Positions 1-10,345 of a stretch of DNA of 64,000 bases are shown here, piece by piece. The DNA is from Chloroflexota bacterium (GTDB taxonomy: Bacteria; Chloroflexota; Dehalococcoidia; Lucifugimonadales; JADFKI01), in contig JAQBUT010000014.1 of assembly GCA_027623195.1 (NCBI GenBank), positions 1 to 64,000 of the forward strand, given 5' to 3'. Every line of letters starts with the position of its first letter. The stretch's first letter is position 1. Below the pieces are notes generated by a model. The model saw only the letters and a program-made list of their open reading frames with translations. It made no database searches and was not told where the DNA came from. Position numbers and translations under genes: made by a program.

Positions 1-2
1 GC

Positions 3-74
3 GCCTTGCTTGGCCTTAGCCGGGCATGGTTGTACTACCAGCCCACAACTCCCAGGGCCGGAGACCTGGTGTAG
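3..74 (+). mobile_element. Possible IS3-family transposase (OrfB N-terminal) remnant, cut by the window edge
   Basis: Frame from nt 3 reads ALLGLSRAWLYYQPTTPRAGDLV*, resembling the IS3 OrfB start motif LLGxxRSxxYYxP; ends at TAG 72-74. Confidence 0.4.
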
Positions 75-78
75 ACCG

Positions 79-363
79 GGGCGGTTTGGCATCACAGTCA
101 ACTGCATACACCCGAGCATAACCCGCATCGAGCGCAGGCCAGGACTTCTGGAGGCCAGGGCTCGTCATTGGGGAATAACTCCGGAAGAGGTTGAGGCCGA
201 GGACTTCGCTCCAAACGCTCACAGCGGCAACTCTCTGTGCCGCATGGTGGACGCCTCGGAGATGGCGTATCTTACCTCCTTCCTAGCGTCGGACAAAGCA
301 TGGGCCGTGACGGGGGAGCTGGTGGTGGCCACGGGCGGCGCAGGAACGTCTGTCTATTACTAA
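79..363 (+). pseudogene. C-terminal fragment of an SDR-family oxidoreductase
   Basis: GRFGITVNCIHP...FLASDKAWAVTGELVVATGG is a typical SDR C-terminus; in-frame sequence upstream of nt 79 is not SDR-like (no YxxxK helix). Confidence 0.65.
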
Positions 364-390
364 ATAGGCTTCGCACCGCATAACTAAAAC

Positions 391-427
391 AAAAATAGAC
401 TGGCCTTAGTGCCAGTCTATTTCTTTT
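391..427. terminator. Bidirectional intrinsic terminator
   Basis: Stem aaatagactggc/gccagtctattt flanked by A and T tracts, between the convergent SDR fragment and tRNA operon. Confidence 0.8.
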
Positions 428-439
428 CGTCGGGAAAAT

Positions 440-525
440 TGGTGCCGAGGGAGGGATTTGAACCCACACACCCTTGCGAGTACTGCGCTCTGAACGCAGC
501 GCGTCTGCCGTTCCGCCACCTCGGC
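440..525 (-). tRNA. tRNA-Leu (anticodon CAG)
   Basis: Reverse complement GCCGAGGTGGCGGAACGGCAGACGCG...CTGCG-TTCAGAG-CGCAG, long variable arm, GGTTCAAATCC, encoded CCA. Confidence 0.96.
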
Positions 526-536
526 ACGAGGTGTTC

Positions 537-613
537 TGGTGGGCGATAGAGGACTCGAACCTCTGACCTCCTGCGTGTGAAGCAGGCGCTCTAACCAGCT
601 GAGCTAACCGCCC
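537..613 (-). tRNA. tRNA-Val (anticodon CAC)
   Basis: GGGCGGTTAGCTCAGCTGGTTAGAGCG CCTGC-TTCACAC-GCAGG...GGTTCGAGTCC...CGCCCACCA. Confidence 0.97.
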
Positions 614-677
614 TGATTTGAACTCGTTATTAATGTTCCGACGCCCTGGAAATTGAACCAGAGCCATGGCTTGCATT

Positions 678-752
678 TGGTGGCAACGCGTGGTTTCGAA
701 CCACGGACCTAGCGCTTATGAAGCGCCCGCTCTGCCCCTGAGCTACGTTGCC
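678..752 (-). tRNA. tRNA with CAT anticodon, probably elongator tRNA-Met
   Basis: GGCAACGTAGCTCAGGGGCAGAGC GGCGC-TTCATAA-GCGCT...GGTTCGAAACC...CGTTGCCACCA; G1:C72 is paired so it is not the initiator; Ile2 not fully excluded. Confidence 0.92.
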
Positions 753-771
753 ACTATGTGGCCCTATAGGC

Positions 772-800
772 ATAATATAGTACGACATTTTCACTGTCAA
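772..800 (-). promoter_or_regulatory. Sigma70-type promoter of the tRNA operon
   Basis: TTGACA (795-800), 17-nt spacer, TATTAT (772-777) on the minus strand about 20 nt upstream of tRNA-Met. Confidence 0.8.
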
Positions 801-835
801 TTGAAGCTTTAGCCGATAAATGACTGGTCGTGGGC

Positions 836-958
836 ATGCAAGAGAACGAGGTTGGCCCTCTAGGAAAACTGGCTGTGGCTGACGCCATCATGGAACGCGC
901 CAAACTGGAATTACGCAAACTGCTTCAAGAACTGGCGAGAATCATCCAGGCCCGCTAA
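836..958 (+). CDS. Possible 40-aa small protein
   Basis: MQENEVGPLGKLAVADAIMERAKLELRKLLQELARIIQAR*; helical composition, fills the intergenic gap, weak RBS. Confidence 0.3.
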   Translation: MQENEVGPLGKLAVADAIMERAKLELRKLLQELARIIQAR

Positions 959-969
959 CAGTTGCAAGA

Positions 970-1761
970 TTAGTCCTCTCCGCTGAAAGACTTGGCCTTG
1001 GATATCCTGCTAGGAATGCGTTTGAGCAGTAGGTCTCTCCACGTTGGCAGTTCTGGTTTGGCGGCCGTGAGTTGCCTTAGCTTCTCTGCGGCGTTGCCCA
1101 CTAGAGGGCTGCCGTGTCCTCCGCACATCACGTCGAAATCCATCTCGCCAAGCCTTTCCAAAGATTTGCGATAGGCCTCGCGGTCGTAGCCGGGGAAGGG
1201 AATGGACCTGCTGACTGTCTTGCCGTTGCTAAAAGCCGTGTCCCCCGTGAACATTACTCCACGCTCTTTCATCAAATAGCATGCGCTGCCGGGAGTGTGG
1301 CCAGGCGTGTGAATTACCTGGATGCCACCGGCAATCGGAAGAATATCACCGTCCGACGCTGCCTGCGATACCTCCGCCCTGCGCAGAAATGGCAGCGGCA
1401 GGTTCACGGTGTTGAACATGCCCATGTAGCCAAGGTCACGGCCTTTGGAATGGTGGAGCCGCGTATCGTCCTCGTGCGCGATGATGTCGGCGCCTGTCCT
1501 CTTGGAAATACTGTATGCTCCGCTGGTGTGGTCTGGATGGTTATGGGTCATGAGGATGGATGTGATTTCCTCCGGCCTTCTCCCGATGCTTTCCACATAG
1601 CGGTATACGGCTCTCGCGTCCCAGGGCAGCCCGGCATCGATTAGAGTGAGCGAGGCGTCCTCCACCAGATACATTCGAGAAATGCGACTGGGTATCATAT
1701 GAACGCCCTGTACGATTTCCAATTTCCCTCCCACGACCGGCTTCCCCAAATGGGTACGCAA
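970..1761 (-). CDS. MBL-fold metallo-hydrolase
   Basis: THNHPDH (HxHxDH), HTPGHTPG, FTGD, GHG motifs; start uncertain. Confidence 0.9.
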   Translation of the reverse strand: MRTHLGKPVVGGKLEIVQGVHMIPSRISRMYLVEDASLTLIDAGLPWDARAVYRYVESIGRRPEEITSILMTHNHPDHTSGAYSISKRTGADIIAHEDDTRLHHSKGRDLGYMGMFNTVNLPLPFLRRAEVSQAASDGDILPIAGGIQVIHTPGHTPGSACYLMKERGVMFTGDTAFSNGKTVSRSIPFPGYDREAYRKSLERLGEMDFDVMCGGHGSPLVGNAAEKLRQLTAAKPELPTWRDLLLKRIPSRISKAKSFSGED

Positions 1762-1862
1762 TAGGCGATTTCTTTCATTATAGCGAGCACCGTCGCCAGA
1801 GGTGAGCCGCGTGCTACGCGATTGCGTATAATGACACGCAACAAAAATGGAGGCAACGACTT

Positions 1863-2705
1863 ATGGAAATCGGAATATCATCCTTTTTAACAGATTATTC
1901 GGTAGATATCGCTGTGGTGGCCAAACGGGCCGAGGAGTTGGGATTCTCGACGTTATGGGTGCCTGAACATTCGATATTGCCTGTGAATACGAACTCGCCT
2001 TGGCCTGGTTCGGCGGATGGCAAAATACCAAAGGTCTACGCAGATATCGTAGACCCGTTCGTGGCCCTGGGGCGTGCCTCTGCGGTGACGACTACCCTGA
2101 AGCTAGGCACGGGAATCTGCCTGGTGCCGGAACGCAACCCGCTAATATTGGCCAAAGAAGTAGCCACCATCGACATGTACTCCAAGGGCCGCTTCCAGTT
2201 CGGCATCGGCGCAGGCTGGCTGCGCGAAGAGACGGACATCATGGGAGGCGACTTCGCTCATCGTTGGGCACAGACCCGCGAGGCGATTTTAGCCATGAAG
2301 CAGCTTTGGACCACCGTGGAGAGCGAATACCACGGCAAGTACTACGACTTTCCGCCTGTCTATTCCTTCCCCATGCCTACACAACGACCGCACCCCCCCG
2401 TCTTGCTGGGCGGCATGGCCAAGAACGTATTCCAGCGCATCGTGGAGTATGGTGATGGCTGGATGCCCAATCGCGTCACGCCCGATGATATAAGGAAAGG
2501 CCGCGCCGTACTGGACGAGCTAGCGGAAGCTGCCGGCCGCGACCCCAAGTCAATCCAGATCATGGTCTTCGGTCAAAACGCCGACCGCGACCACCTCAAC
2601 GCATTGGAGGAGGCCGGCGCGGACAGCGTTGCATTACGGCTGGAAACGGGCCCCGAAGAAGAGGCTCTGAACAACATGGAGAAGATGGCAGAGGCTGTTT
2701 TCTAA
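1863..2705 (+). CDS. LLM-class, probably F420-dependent, oxidoreductase (Rv2161c-like)
   Basis: AEELGFSTLWVPEH, DPFVALG, LGTGICL, GIGAGW, GDGWMP; GGAGG RBS. Confidence 0.9.
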   Translation: MEIGISSFLTDYSVDIAVVAKRAEELGFSTLWVPEHSILPVNTNSPWPGSADGKIPKVYADIVDPFVALGRASAVTTTLKLGTGICLVPERNPLILAKEVATIDMYSKGRFQFGIGAGWLREETDIMGGDFAHRWAQTREAILAMKQLWTTVESEYHGKYYDFPPVYSFPMPTQRPHPPVLLGGMAKNVFQRIVEYGDGWMPNRVTPDDIRKGRAVLDELAEAAGRDPKSIQIMVFGQNADRDHLNALEEAGADSVALRLETGPEEEALNNMEKMAEAVF

Positions 2706-2780
2706 CTTTTCGTAAGTTGATTCGGTCGGCCATCCATGGTCATTGCATATCCTATACCAAGGGTTCCAATCGATGGCCGA

Positions 2781-3818
2781 CTAAGACTTGAAAAGCGGAA
2801 TCACCTTTTCGCCAAAGAGCTTCATGGACTTTTGAACGTCCTCGGGAGCCATCTCTCCGATGTTGAACTTTAGCATCAGGTTACGGGTGCCCGCGTCTCG
2901 CATCTCGGCAACCTGGTCGACCACCTGTTGGGGCGTTCCCATGATGAATGCCTGCTCAATATCCTCCCCAGGAGAAAGAGGCTTGTTTGGGTCTATCGGT
3001 GGGAACCCGTCTGGGTTGAAGTTCTCTCGAGCCGCACGGAAATGTTTACGTTCCCGGCCGAAGCCGTATTCGGCCTTTTCACGTGCCTCTGCATAGGTTT
3101 CGGCAACGAAGATATCCCTGGAGAACCAGCACTGGTCCAGCGCCTTCTCTGTGGCGACCTCGCTAAAGCCAGATGCCAGCATGGCGTTCTCGAAGGCATC
3201 CACCCGATTACGCACGGCCGGAACGCCTACCTCACCGATGAGCACTGGACGGCCTATCTTACCCATTGCTATCGTCGAGGCCTCGCTGATGCAAGCCCTG
3301 ACAATAGGCGGATGTGGCTTCTGGAAGGGACGGGGGCGCAGTAAGGGGAAGGCCACTTTCCAGAATTTGCCATCGTATTTCAGGTTCTCGGTGGTCCAAG
3401 CCTTGATCAGAAGATCCTCAGCCTCTCCCAATCGCTCAACGCCTTGCTCCATGGTCATGCCAAATCCGATGTACTCGTAATGGTTAAAGGCGGAACCCCT
3501 CCCTATGCCCACGATAAGCCTGCCATGACTGAGGTTGTCCAACACCGAGGTTTGCACCGCCAGCCGCACTGGATGGTAGAACGCCATTTCCAGGACGGCA
3601 AAGCCAATCTTGATTCGCTTGGTCCGCGCTGCGACGGCTGCCCCAAACATAAGCGGGTCGGCATACGCTGCTGCGCCGTCGAAGTGGTGCTCCGCGAGCC
3701 AGGCGGTATCAAGACCGATCTCCTCGCCCAACTCCACCTCAGCGAGCGTGTTATCAATAACATTTGAGTCGTTGTCCGGCGAATGACTCACCGGAAACAC
3801 GAAAGAACCGAAACGCAT
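2781..3818 (-). CDS. LLM-class flavin-dependent oxidoreductase (luciferase-like)
   Basis: WLAEHHF, HPVRLA, LDNLSHGRLIVGIGRG, PRPFQKPHPP, GTPQQV. Confidence 0.9.
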   Translation of the reverse strand: MRFGSFVFPVSHSPDNDSNVIDNTLAEVELGEEIGLDTAWLAEHHFDGAAAYADPLMFGAAVAARTKRIKIGFAVLEMAFYHPVRLAVQTSVLDNLSHGRLIVGIGRGSAFNHYEYIGFGMTMEQGVERLGEAEDLLIKAWTTENLKYDGKFWKVAFPLLRPRPFQKPHPPIVRACISEASTIAMGKIGRPVLIGEVGVPAVRNRVDAFENAMLASGFSEVATEKALDQCWFSRDIFVAETYAEAREKAEYGFGRERKHFRAARENFNPDGFPPIDPNKPLSPGEDIEQAFIMGTPQQVVDQVAEMRDAGTRNLMLKFNIGEMAPEDVQKSMKLFGEKVIPLFKS

Positions 3819-4015
3819 CTAGGCCTCCAAAAACTGTAGCTCTTTGCTTACTCCTAAAAGCGCAAACAGTATATATCAAACGCAAATATGCAGTCCCTTT
3901 GCTGCGCATGTCAGAGGCAGTAACCCTCTAGTTGTACAGCTATGGATGTGGGAGTACACTGACAGCGAGTCCGCCAGCCAAGTTACTAAATGAGGCGATT
4001 CGCAGGAGTACTCTA

Positions 4016-5398
4016 ATGGCTTCAACATCCGACATCGACGCGCTACGAAATGCCTCGCTGCGATACCTTTGGATGCACAATCGCGACTGGTCACAAATGG
4101 CTGAGGAGGGCGACCCTCCGATAATAATCAGCGGCCAGGGAGTGCGCGTCACAGACTCCGACGGCCGGTCTTGGATCGACGTCAACGGCGGCTACAACTC
4201 GGTCAACGTTGGTTACGGTCGAACGGAAATCACCGACGCCGCTTTTGAACAAATGCAAAAGCTATCCTACTTTCCCAATGGCACAACAACCGAGCCCACA
4301 GTACGTTTGGCTGAGAAGCTGGCGGCAATCGCGCCGGGAAGCCTTTCTCGTGTATTTCCCGTCAGCGGCGGCTCGGAGGCCAACGAGACCGCCTTAAAGA
4401 TCGCCCGCGCCTACCACAAGCGGAACGGGGAGCCGGGACGATACAAGGTCATAAGTCGTCGGGGCTCCTACCACGGCACCACCGCCGGTGTTCTGTGGTT
4501 AGGGGGCAGCGCAGCCCAGCCCAGAGACGATTTCGAGCCGGCGTACCCCGGTATGATCTACGGGCCCCAACCAAACCCGTACCGTTGTGAGTTGGGAGGC
4601 GAAACGCCTTCAGAATGCGCCGTACGCTGCGCTAACGAAATCGAACGCCTTATAGAGTTTCACGGGTCAGAGACCATCGCGGCAGTCATCGCGGAACCCG
4701 TAGGGGTGCCTCAGGGGGCGGCAGTGCCGGGCGACGATTACTGGCCCATGCTGCGAGACATTTGCGACCGCCACGGCGTGCTGCTCATCGCCGATGAGGT
4801 CATTTGCGGCTTTGGACGCACCGGGAAGATGTTCGCCATGGAGCACTGGGGCGTTGTGCCGGACATCATGACGGTGGCAAAAGGGATTATCAGTAGCTAC
4901 CTACCGCTGGCGGCTACCATCGTGAGGCGGGAAATCGCAGACGCCTTCGCGGGTGAGAACAATTACCTCCGCCACGTTCTTACATTCAGCGGCCACCCCG
5001 TATCGGCGGCCGCTGCACTAAAGAATATAGAGATTCTCGAAAACGAGAACATGGTCCAGAACTCCGCCGAGGTTGGCGCATATTTCAAGCAGCAGTTGGA
5101 AGGGTTGAAGGTGGACCATCCTCTGGTGGGGGATGTGCGCGGCCTGGGTTTATTGCTGGCCGTGGAACTTGTAAGCGACCGGAAGACTAAAGCCGGATTC
5201 TCCCGTGAGGACCGCATTCCGGAACGTCTCAACGTAAAGTTCAAGAAGTACGGTCTAATTTTCCGAATAAGTAGCAATATCCTTAGTATAGGCCCGCCCC
5301 TTTGCATCACTACGGGAGAAGTTGACGAAATAGTGCATGCCATCGACCTTTCTCTGTGGGAACTTGAGGGTGAAATGGGCATTGCCACTATGACTTAA
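4016..5398 (+). CDS. Class III (omega-amino acid) aminotransferase
   Basis: GGSEANE, SYHG, LLIADEVICGFGRTG, PDIMTVAKG (PLP Lys); AGGAG RBS before ATG 4016. Confidence 0.93.
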   Translation: MASTSDIDALRNASLRYLWMHNRDWSQMAEEGDPPIIISGQGVRVTDSDGRSWIDVNGGYNSVNVGYGRTEITDAAFEQMQKLSYFPNGTTTEPTVRLAEKLAAIAPGSLSRVFPVSGGSEANETALKIARAYHKRNGEPGRYKVISRRGSYHGTTAGVLWLGGSAAQPRDDFEPAYPGMIYGPQPNPYRCELGGETPSECAVRCANEIERLIEFHGSETIAAVIAEPVGVPQGAAVPGDDYWPMLRDICDRHGVLLIADEVICGFGRTGKMFAMEHWGVVPDIMTVAKGIISSYLPLAATIVRREIADAFAGENNYLRHVLTFSGHPVSAAAALKNIEILENENMVQNSAEVGAYFKQQLEGLKVDHPLVGDVRGLGLLLAVELVSDRKTKAGFSREDRIPERLNVKFKKYGLIFRISSNILSIGPPLCITTGEVDEIVHAIDLSLWELEGEMGIATMT

Positions 5399-5544
5399 AC
5401 CGTCATAATTAATCCTGTTTTATTGAAATAACCCAATTGCTATCTACCGATCGGCAATTTGCGACACTACGGCGTTATTGTCTAAACAGAGAACCTAGGC
5501 ACCCTATCTCACCGGCGTGAGGGCGTGCTAGCTTGGAGTTGAAA

Positions 5545-6900
5545 ATGGTCAGTGCCTACGACGCCAATGAACAAAGCAGCTTGAAGGCCGCAGCACTGGA
5601 AAATCTGTGGATGCACAATACAGATTGGACCCAGACGGCGGAAGAGGGCGGACCAACCATCATTGTCTCAGGGCAAGGCGCCCGTGTGACAGACTCGGAG
5701 GGAAGGACCTGGCTCGATGTGCATGGAGGATACGCCTCCGTTAACGCTGGATACGGTCGTTCAGAAATCGCGGACGCTATGCTGGCGCAAATGCAAGCCC
5801 TGACGTATTTTCCACAGGGCACAACAACCGAGCCTCTTATACGTCTCGTGGAGAAGCTAGGAACCATGCTGCCGGGCGATCTGGAGCGAGTGTGGCCCGT
5901 CACTGGTGGTTCGGAGGCCAACGAGACGTCCATTAAGATAGCGAGGGCTTACCACAAGAAACGGGGAGAGCCAGGCAGATACAAGGTCATAAGCCGCAAA
6001 GGCTCCTACCACGGAGCAACGGCTGGCGTCATGTGGTTGGGCGGCGGCAAAGGCCTTTCGGATTACGAGCCGGCACCAGCGGGTATGGTGTACGCACCAC
6101 AGCCCAATCCCTCCCGGTGCGAACTGGGCGGGGCAACCCCGACCGAGTGTGCCTCACGGTGCGCTCAGGCAGTAGAGGACCTGATCCTCTTTCATGGGCC
6201 GAAGACAGTAGCGGCATTGATAGCGGAGCCCATAACCTCCGCAGGTGGAGCCATCGTTCCTGGCGACGAGTACTGGCCAATGGTCAGAGACATCTGCGAC
6301 AGGCACGGCGTTTTGTTGATAGCAGACGAGGTGGTTTGCGGATTCGGCAGAACGGGCAAGATGTTCGCATCGGAGCACTGGGATCTGGTTCCAGACCTGA
6401 TGACGATAGGCAAAGGACTAACCAGCAGCTATCTACCTATGGCTGCATCCGTAGCGACAACCAGGGTCGCGGACGTATTCACTGGACAAGACAATATCTT
6501 TCGGCAGGCACTGACCTTCGGTGGTCACCCGGTGACCGCAGCAGTGGCGCTGAAAAACATTGAGATAATCGAGCGGGATGGACTGGTTGAAAACTCCGCC
6601 AAGGTAGGGGAGTACTTTCTTTCCAGGCTACATGAATTAAAGGAGAGGCACGATGTAGTAGGCGATGTTCGGGGGAAGGGGTTGCTACTGGGCATAGACC
6701 TGGTGGCAGACGCAGAAACCGGTGGAAATGAGGACAAGAGCACCGGTTTCGGGAAACGCCTTACCGCCAAACTTCGCGAACAGGGGCTACTGTTAAAGTG
6801 TGGCGATAATGCCGTCAGCATGGGGCCTCCCCTTTGCATAACCCGGCAGGACGTTGATGAGATAGTAGACGGCTTGGATCGTGCCTTGGGAGAATTATGA
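5545..6900 (+). CDS. Class III aminotransferase, tandem paralogue
   Basis: Same motifs (DEVVCGFGRTG, PDLMTIGKG); shares LWMHN.DW.Q.AEEG N-terminus with the upstream gene. Confidence 0.93.
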   Translation: MVSAYDANEQSSLKAAALENLWMHNTDWTQTAEEGGPTIIVSGQGARVTDSEGRTWLDVHGGYASVNAGYGRSEIADAMLAQMQALTYFPQGTTTEPLIRLVEKLGTMLPGDLERVWPVTGGSEANETSIKIARAYHKKRGEPGRYKVISRKGSYHGATAGVMWLGGGKGLSDYEPAPAGMVYAPQPNPSRCELGGATPTECASRCAQAVEDLILFHGPKTVAALIAEPITSAGGAIVPGDEYWPMVRDICDRHGVLLIADEVVCGFGRTGKMFASEHWDLVPDLMTIGKGLTSSYLPMAASVATTRVADVFTGQDNIFRQALTFGGHPVTAAVALKNIEIIERDGLVENSAKVGEYFLSRLHELKERHDVVGDVRGKGLLLGIDLVADAETGGNEDKSTGFGKRLTAKLREQGLLLKCGDNAVSMGPPLCITRQDVDEIVDGLDRALGEL

Positions 6901-7643
6901 CCAACTTAAACAAGCAAGACATCGCCACCGATTCCGCCCAACGAGTGGCAATTTTCATAGACGGCAGCAATCTTTACCATAGCCTCGAAGAGAACTGTAA
7001 GCGATTCGATCTGGACTTCAAGGCGTTTTCAAACAAGCTCTGCAAGGGCCGTCAGCACTTCAGGACCTATTACTACAACGTGTTGCGAGACCCCGACCGA
7101 AATCCTCAGGCGTATCAGGACCAGCAGAAGTTCCTCGCTGCGCTATACAGCACCCCTTACCTTGAAGTTCGCCTGGGCGCGGCAAAGCAAAGGGGCGACG
7201 TGGTTATCGAGAAGGGCGTGGACATCATGTTGGCCACCGATCTTCTGCAGATGGCCTGGAAAGACCTGTACGACGTAGCCATAGTCGTGAGCGGTGACGG
7301 TGACTTCGCATACGCATTGCAGACCGTTAAGAACGTTGGCAAGCACGTCGAAATCGGAGCCTTCCCCGCGAACCTCTCGTGGGAGCTGGCCCAGATTTCG
7401 GATAGCTGCGAGTTCTTCACCCCTGAATACTTCACTGAAATCTGGAGCAGGCGGCGAAACGGCTCTCGCAATGAAAACCATGGAAACCAAGGAGCCACCG
7501 ATCCCTCTCGACGCGGCTGGCGGCGGCCAGCAAAGCCACATCTGGCACCGTCTTCCGATGGGGCGCCACCCAACGGTGGAGTCCAATCATACTCGGGTTC
7601 AGATTCAGGGCGGGATGAGTCTCAAGAGGCGGCGGAAGCTTAG
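6897..7643 (+). CDS. NYN-domain (LabA/DUF88, PIN-like) protein with disordered C-terminal tail
   Basis: IFIDGSN, EKGVDIMLATD, VSGDGDF; ATGA overlap with the upstream stop. Confidence 0.9.
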   Translation: MTNLNKQDIATDSAQRVAIFIDGSNLYHSLEENCKRFDLDFKAFSNKLCKGRQHFRTYYYNVLRDPDRNPQAYQDQQKFLAALYSTPYLEVRLGAAKQRGDVVIEKGVDIMLATDLLQMAWKDLYDVAIVVSGDGDFAYALQTVKNVGKHVEIGAFPANLSWELAQISDSCEFFTPEYFTEIWSRRRNGSRNENHGNQGATDPSRRGWRRPAKPHLAPSSDGAPPNGGVQSYSGSDSGRDESQEAAEA

Positions 7644-7833
7644 CCGCTAGGAAGCAAAATCCCTGGGGTCTGAAAGGCAGGTTGTCTTCGGCAGTTTAAC
7701 CGCTTTTTGGAGACGATAACCCACAGATTTGGCCGGTGATGTCTTCCGCTTTCCAACGTCCGGTTTCATCTGGTATACTCCTCATTGCCGAATTGGCTGA
7801 TTTGAAAGGCTTGGCGTCTAACCTCCCTAGTAG

Positions 7834-9198
<1,365 letters not shown>

Positions 9199-9285
9199 GC
9201 TTTCGCAGACACTCCTGCCAGCCTTCGTCCTGACCGACACTGTGGTAGGAATATCGCAGAGCGCTAAACTTAAATACGTTTGATA

Positions 9286-9312
9286 CGTTCGTCCTGAGCC
9301 TGTCGAAGGACG
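9286..9312. repeat. REP-like palindromic element (GTCCTGAGCCTGTCGAAGGAC type), single copy in the window
   Basis: cgttcgtcctgagcctgtcgaaggacg resembles the widespread CCTGAGCnTGTCGAAGG intergenic repeat family (recalled, not searched). Confidence 0.55.
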
Positions 9313-9332
9313 CGCACTAATTCAAGCAAAAG

Positions 9333-9364
9333 AAAAGGGGACGACCAAACAGTCGTCCCCTTTG
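9333..9364. terminator. Bidirectional terminator between purA and dapA
   Basis: aaaggggacgac / gtcgtcccctttt-type stem with A and T flanks. Confidence 0.8.
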
Positions 9365-9385
9365 TATTTCCCGTTTAACCTACGT

Positions 9386-10294
9386 CTAATCGCCGCCAGC
9401 AACCGCCACAGGTAGATCGATGTGGTAACGCGACACTACTGCATCAATCTGAGCAGCCGTCGCTTCGTCTGGCGGCACCAGCGGCAGGCGGGGCTTGCCC
9501 ACATTGTAGCCAGCCTTGCCTACGCTGTACTTGACCGGTATGGGGTTGGATACCACGAACATTATCTTAAATATGTCCAGCAGCCTGCGATGCTCAGCTG
9601 CGGCGCTCTCAATGTCGCCCTCCAGAATCATACCCATCATCGTCTTGATCTGGGTGCCTACGAGGTGAGACAGCACGCTTACTACGCCATAGCCACCGGC
9701 GCACATTATGGGGAAGGTCTCGTCGTCGTTGCCGCTCCACACGCGGAAGTCGTCGCCAGTATCCCGAATGATCTTCGTAATCTGAACCAGGTCGCTGCTT
9801 GCCTCTTTGACACCTATGATGTTGTCAACGTGGCTGAGCCTTACCGTGGTGTCCACAGTCATATTTGTACCCGTGCGGCTAGGCACGTTGTACAGAATAC
9901 ACGGCAGATTTACGCTCTCGGCGATGGTCCTGAAATGCTGGAACAATCCCTCCTGAGGGGGCTTGTTGTAAGAGGGCACCGTCATGAGAATGGCATCCAC
10001 GCCGAGACGCTCAGCATCTCTGCTGGCCTCTACCGACTGCGCGGTGTTATACGTCGTGGTGCCGGCTATGATGGCAGCCCTGTTACCCACGGCGCTCTTG
10101 GTCTCCTGGTAAAGCCTTAGCTTCTCTTCTTGAGACAGGGTAGGGGTCTCGCCGGTGGTGCCGGTGACCACGAGGCCATCGCTACCAGAGTCCACCAGCG
10201 CAACGGCCAGTCGCCGTGCTTCGTTGTAATCTACCTCGCCCTGCTCATCAAAGGGCGTTATCATCGCGGTTATCAGTCTACCGATTTCAGCCAT
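9386..10294 (-). CDS. dapA: 4-hydroxy-tetrahydrodipicolinate synthase
   Basis: GTTGETPTL, LYNVPSRTG, GVKEAS, NPIPVK; downstream of asd. Confidence 0.96.
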   Translation of the reverse strand: MAEIGRLITAMITPFDEQGEVDYNEARRLAVALVDSGSDGLVVTGTTGETPTLSQEEKLRLYQETKSAVGNRAAIIAGTTTYNTAQSVEASRDAERLGVDAILMTVPSYNKPPQEGLFQHFRTIAESVNLPCILYNVPSRTGTNMTVDTTVRLSHVDNIIGVKEASSDLVQITKIIRDTGDDFRVWSGNDDETFPIMCAGGYGVVSVLSHLVGTQIKTMMGMILEGDIESAAAEHRRLLDIFKIMFVVSNPIPVKYSVGKAGYNVGKPRLPLVPPDEATAAQIDAVVSRYHIDLPVAVAGGD

Positions 10295-10345
10295 GACTGG
10301 AGCCTCCTTTTGTTACTTGGCGCAGGTGTGGGCTTATTGCGGGCA

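Noticed and set aside
272..676. 134-aa minus-strand ORF
   Set aside because: It runs through tRNA-Val and tRNA-Leu; spurious
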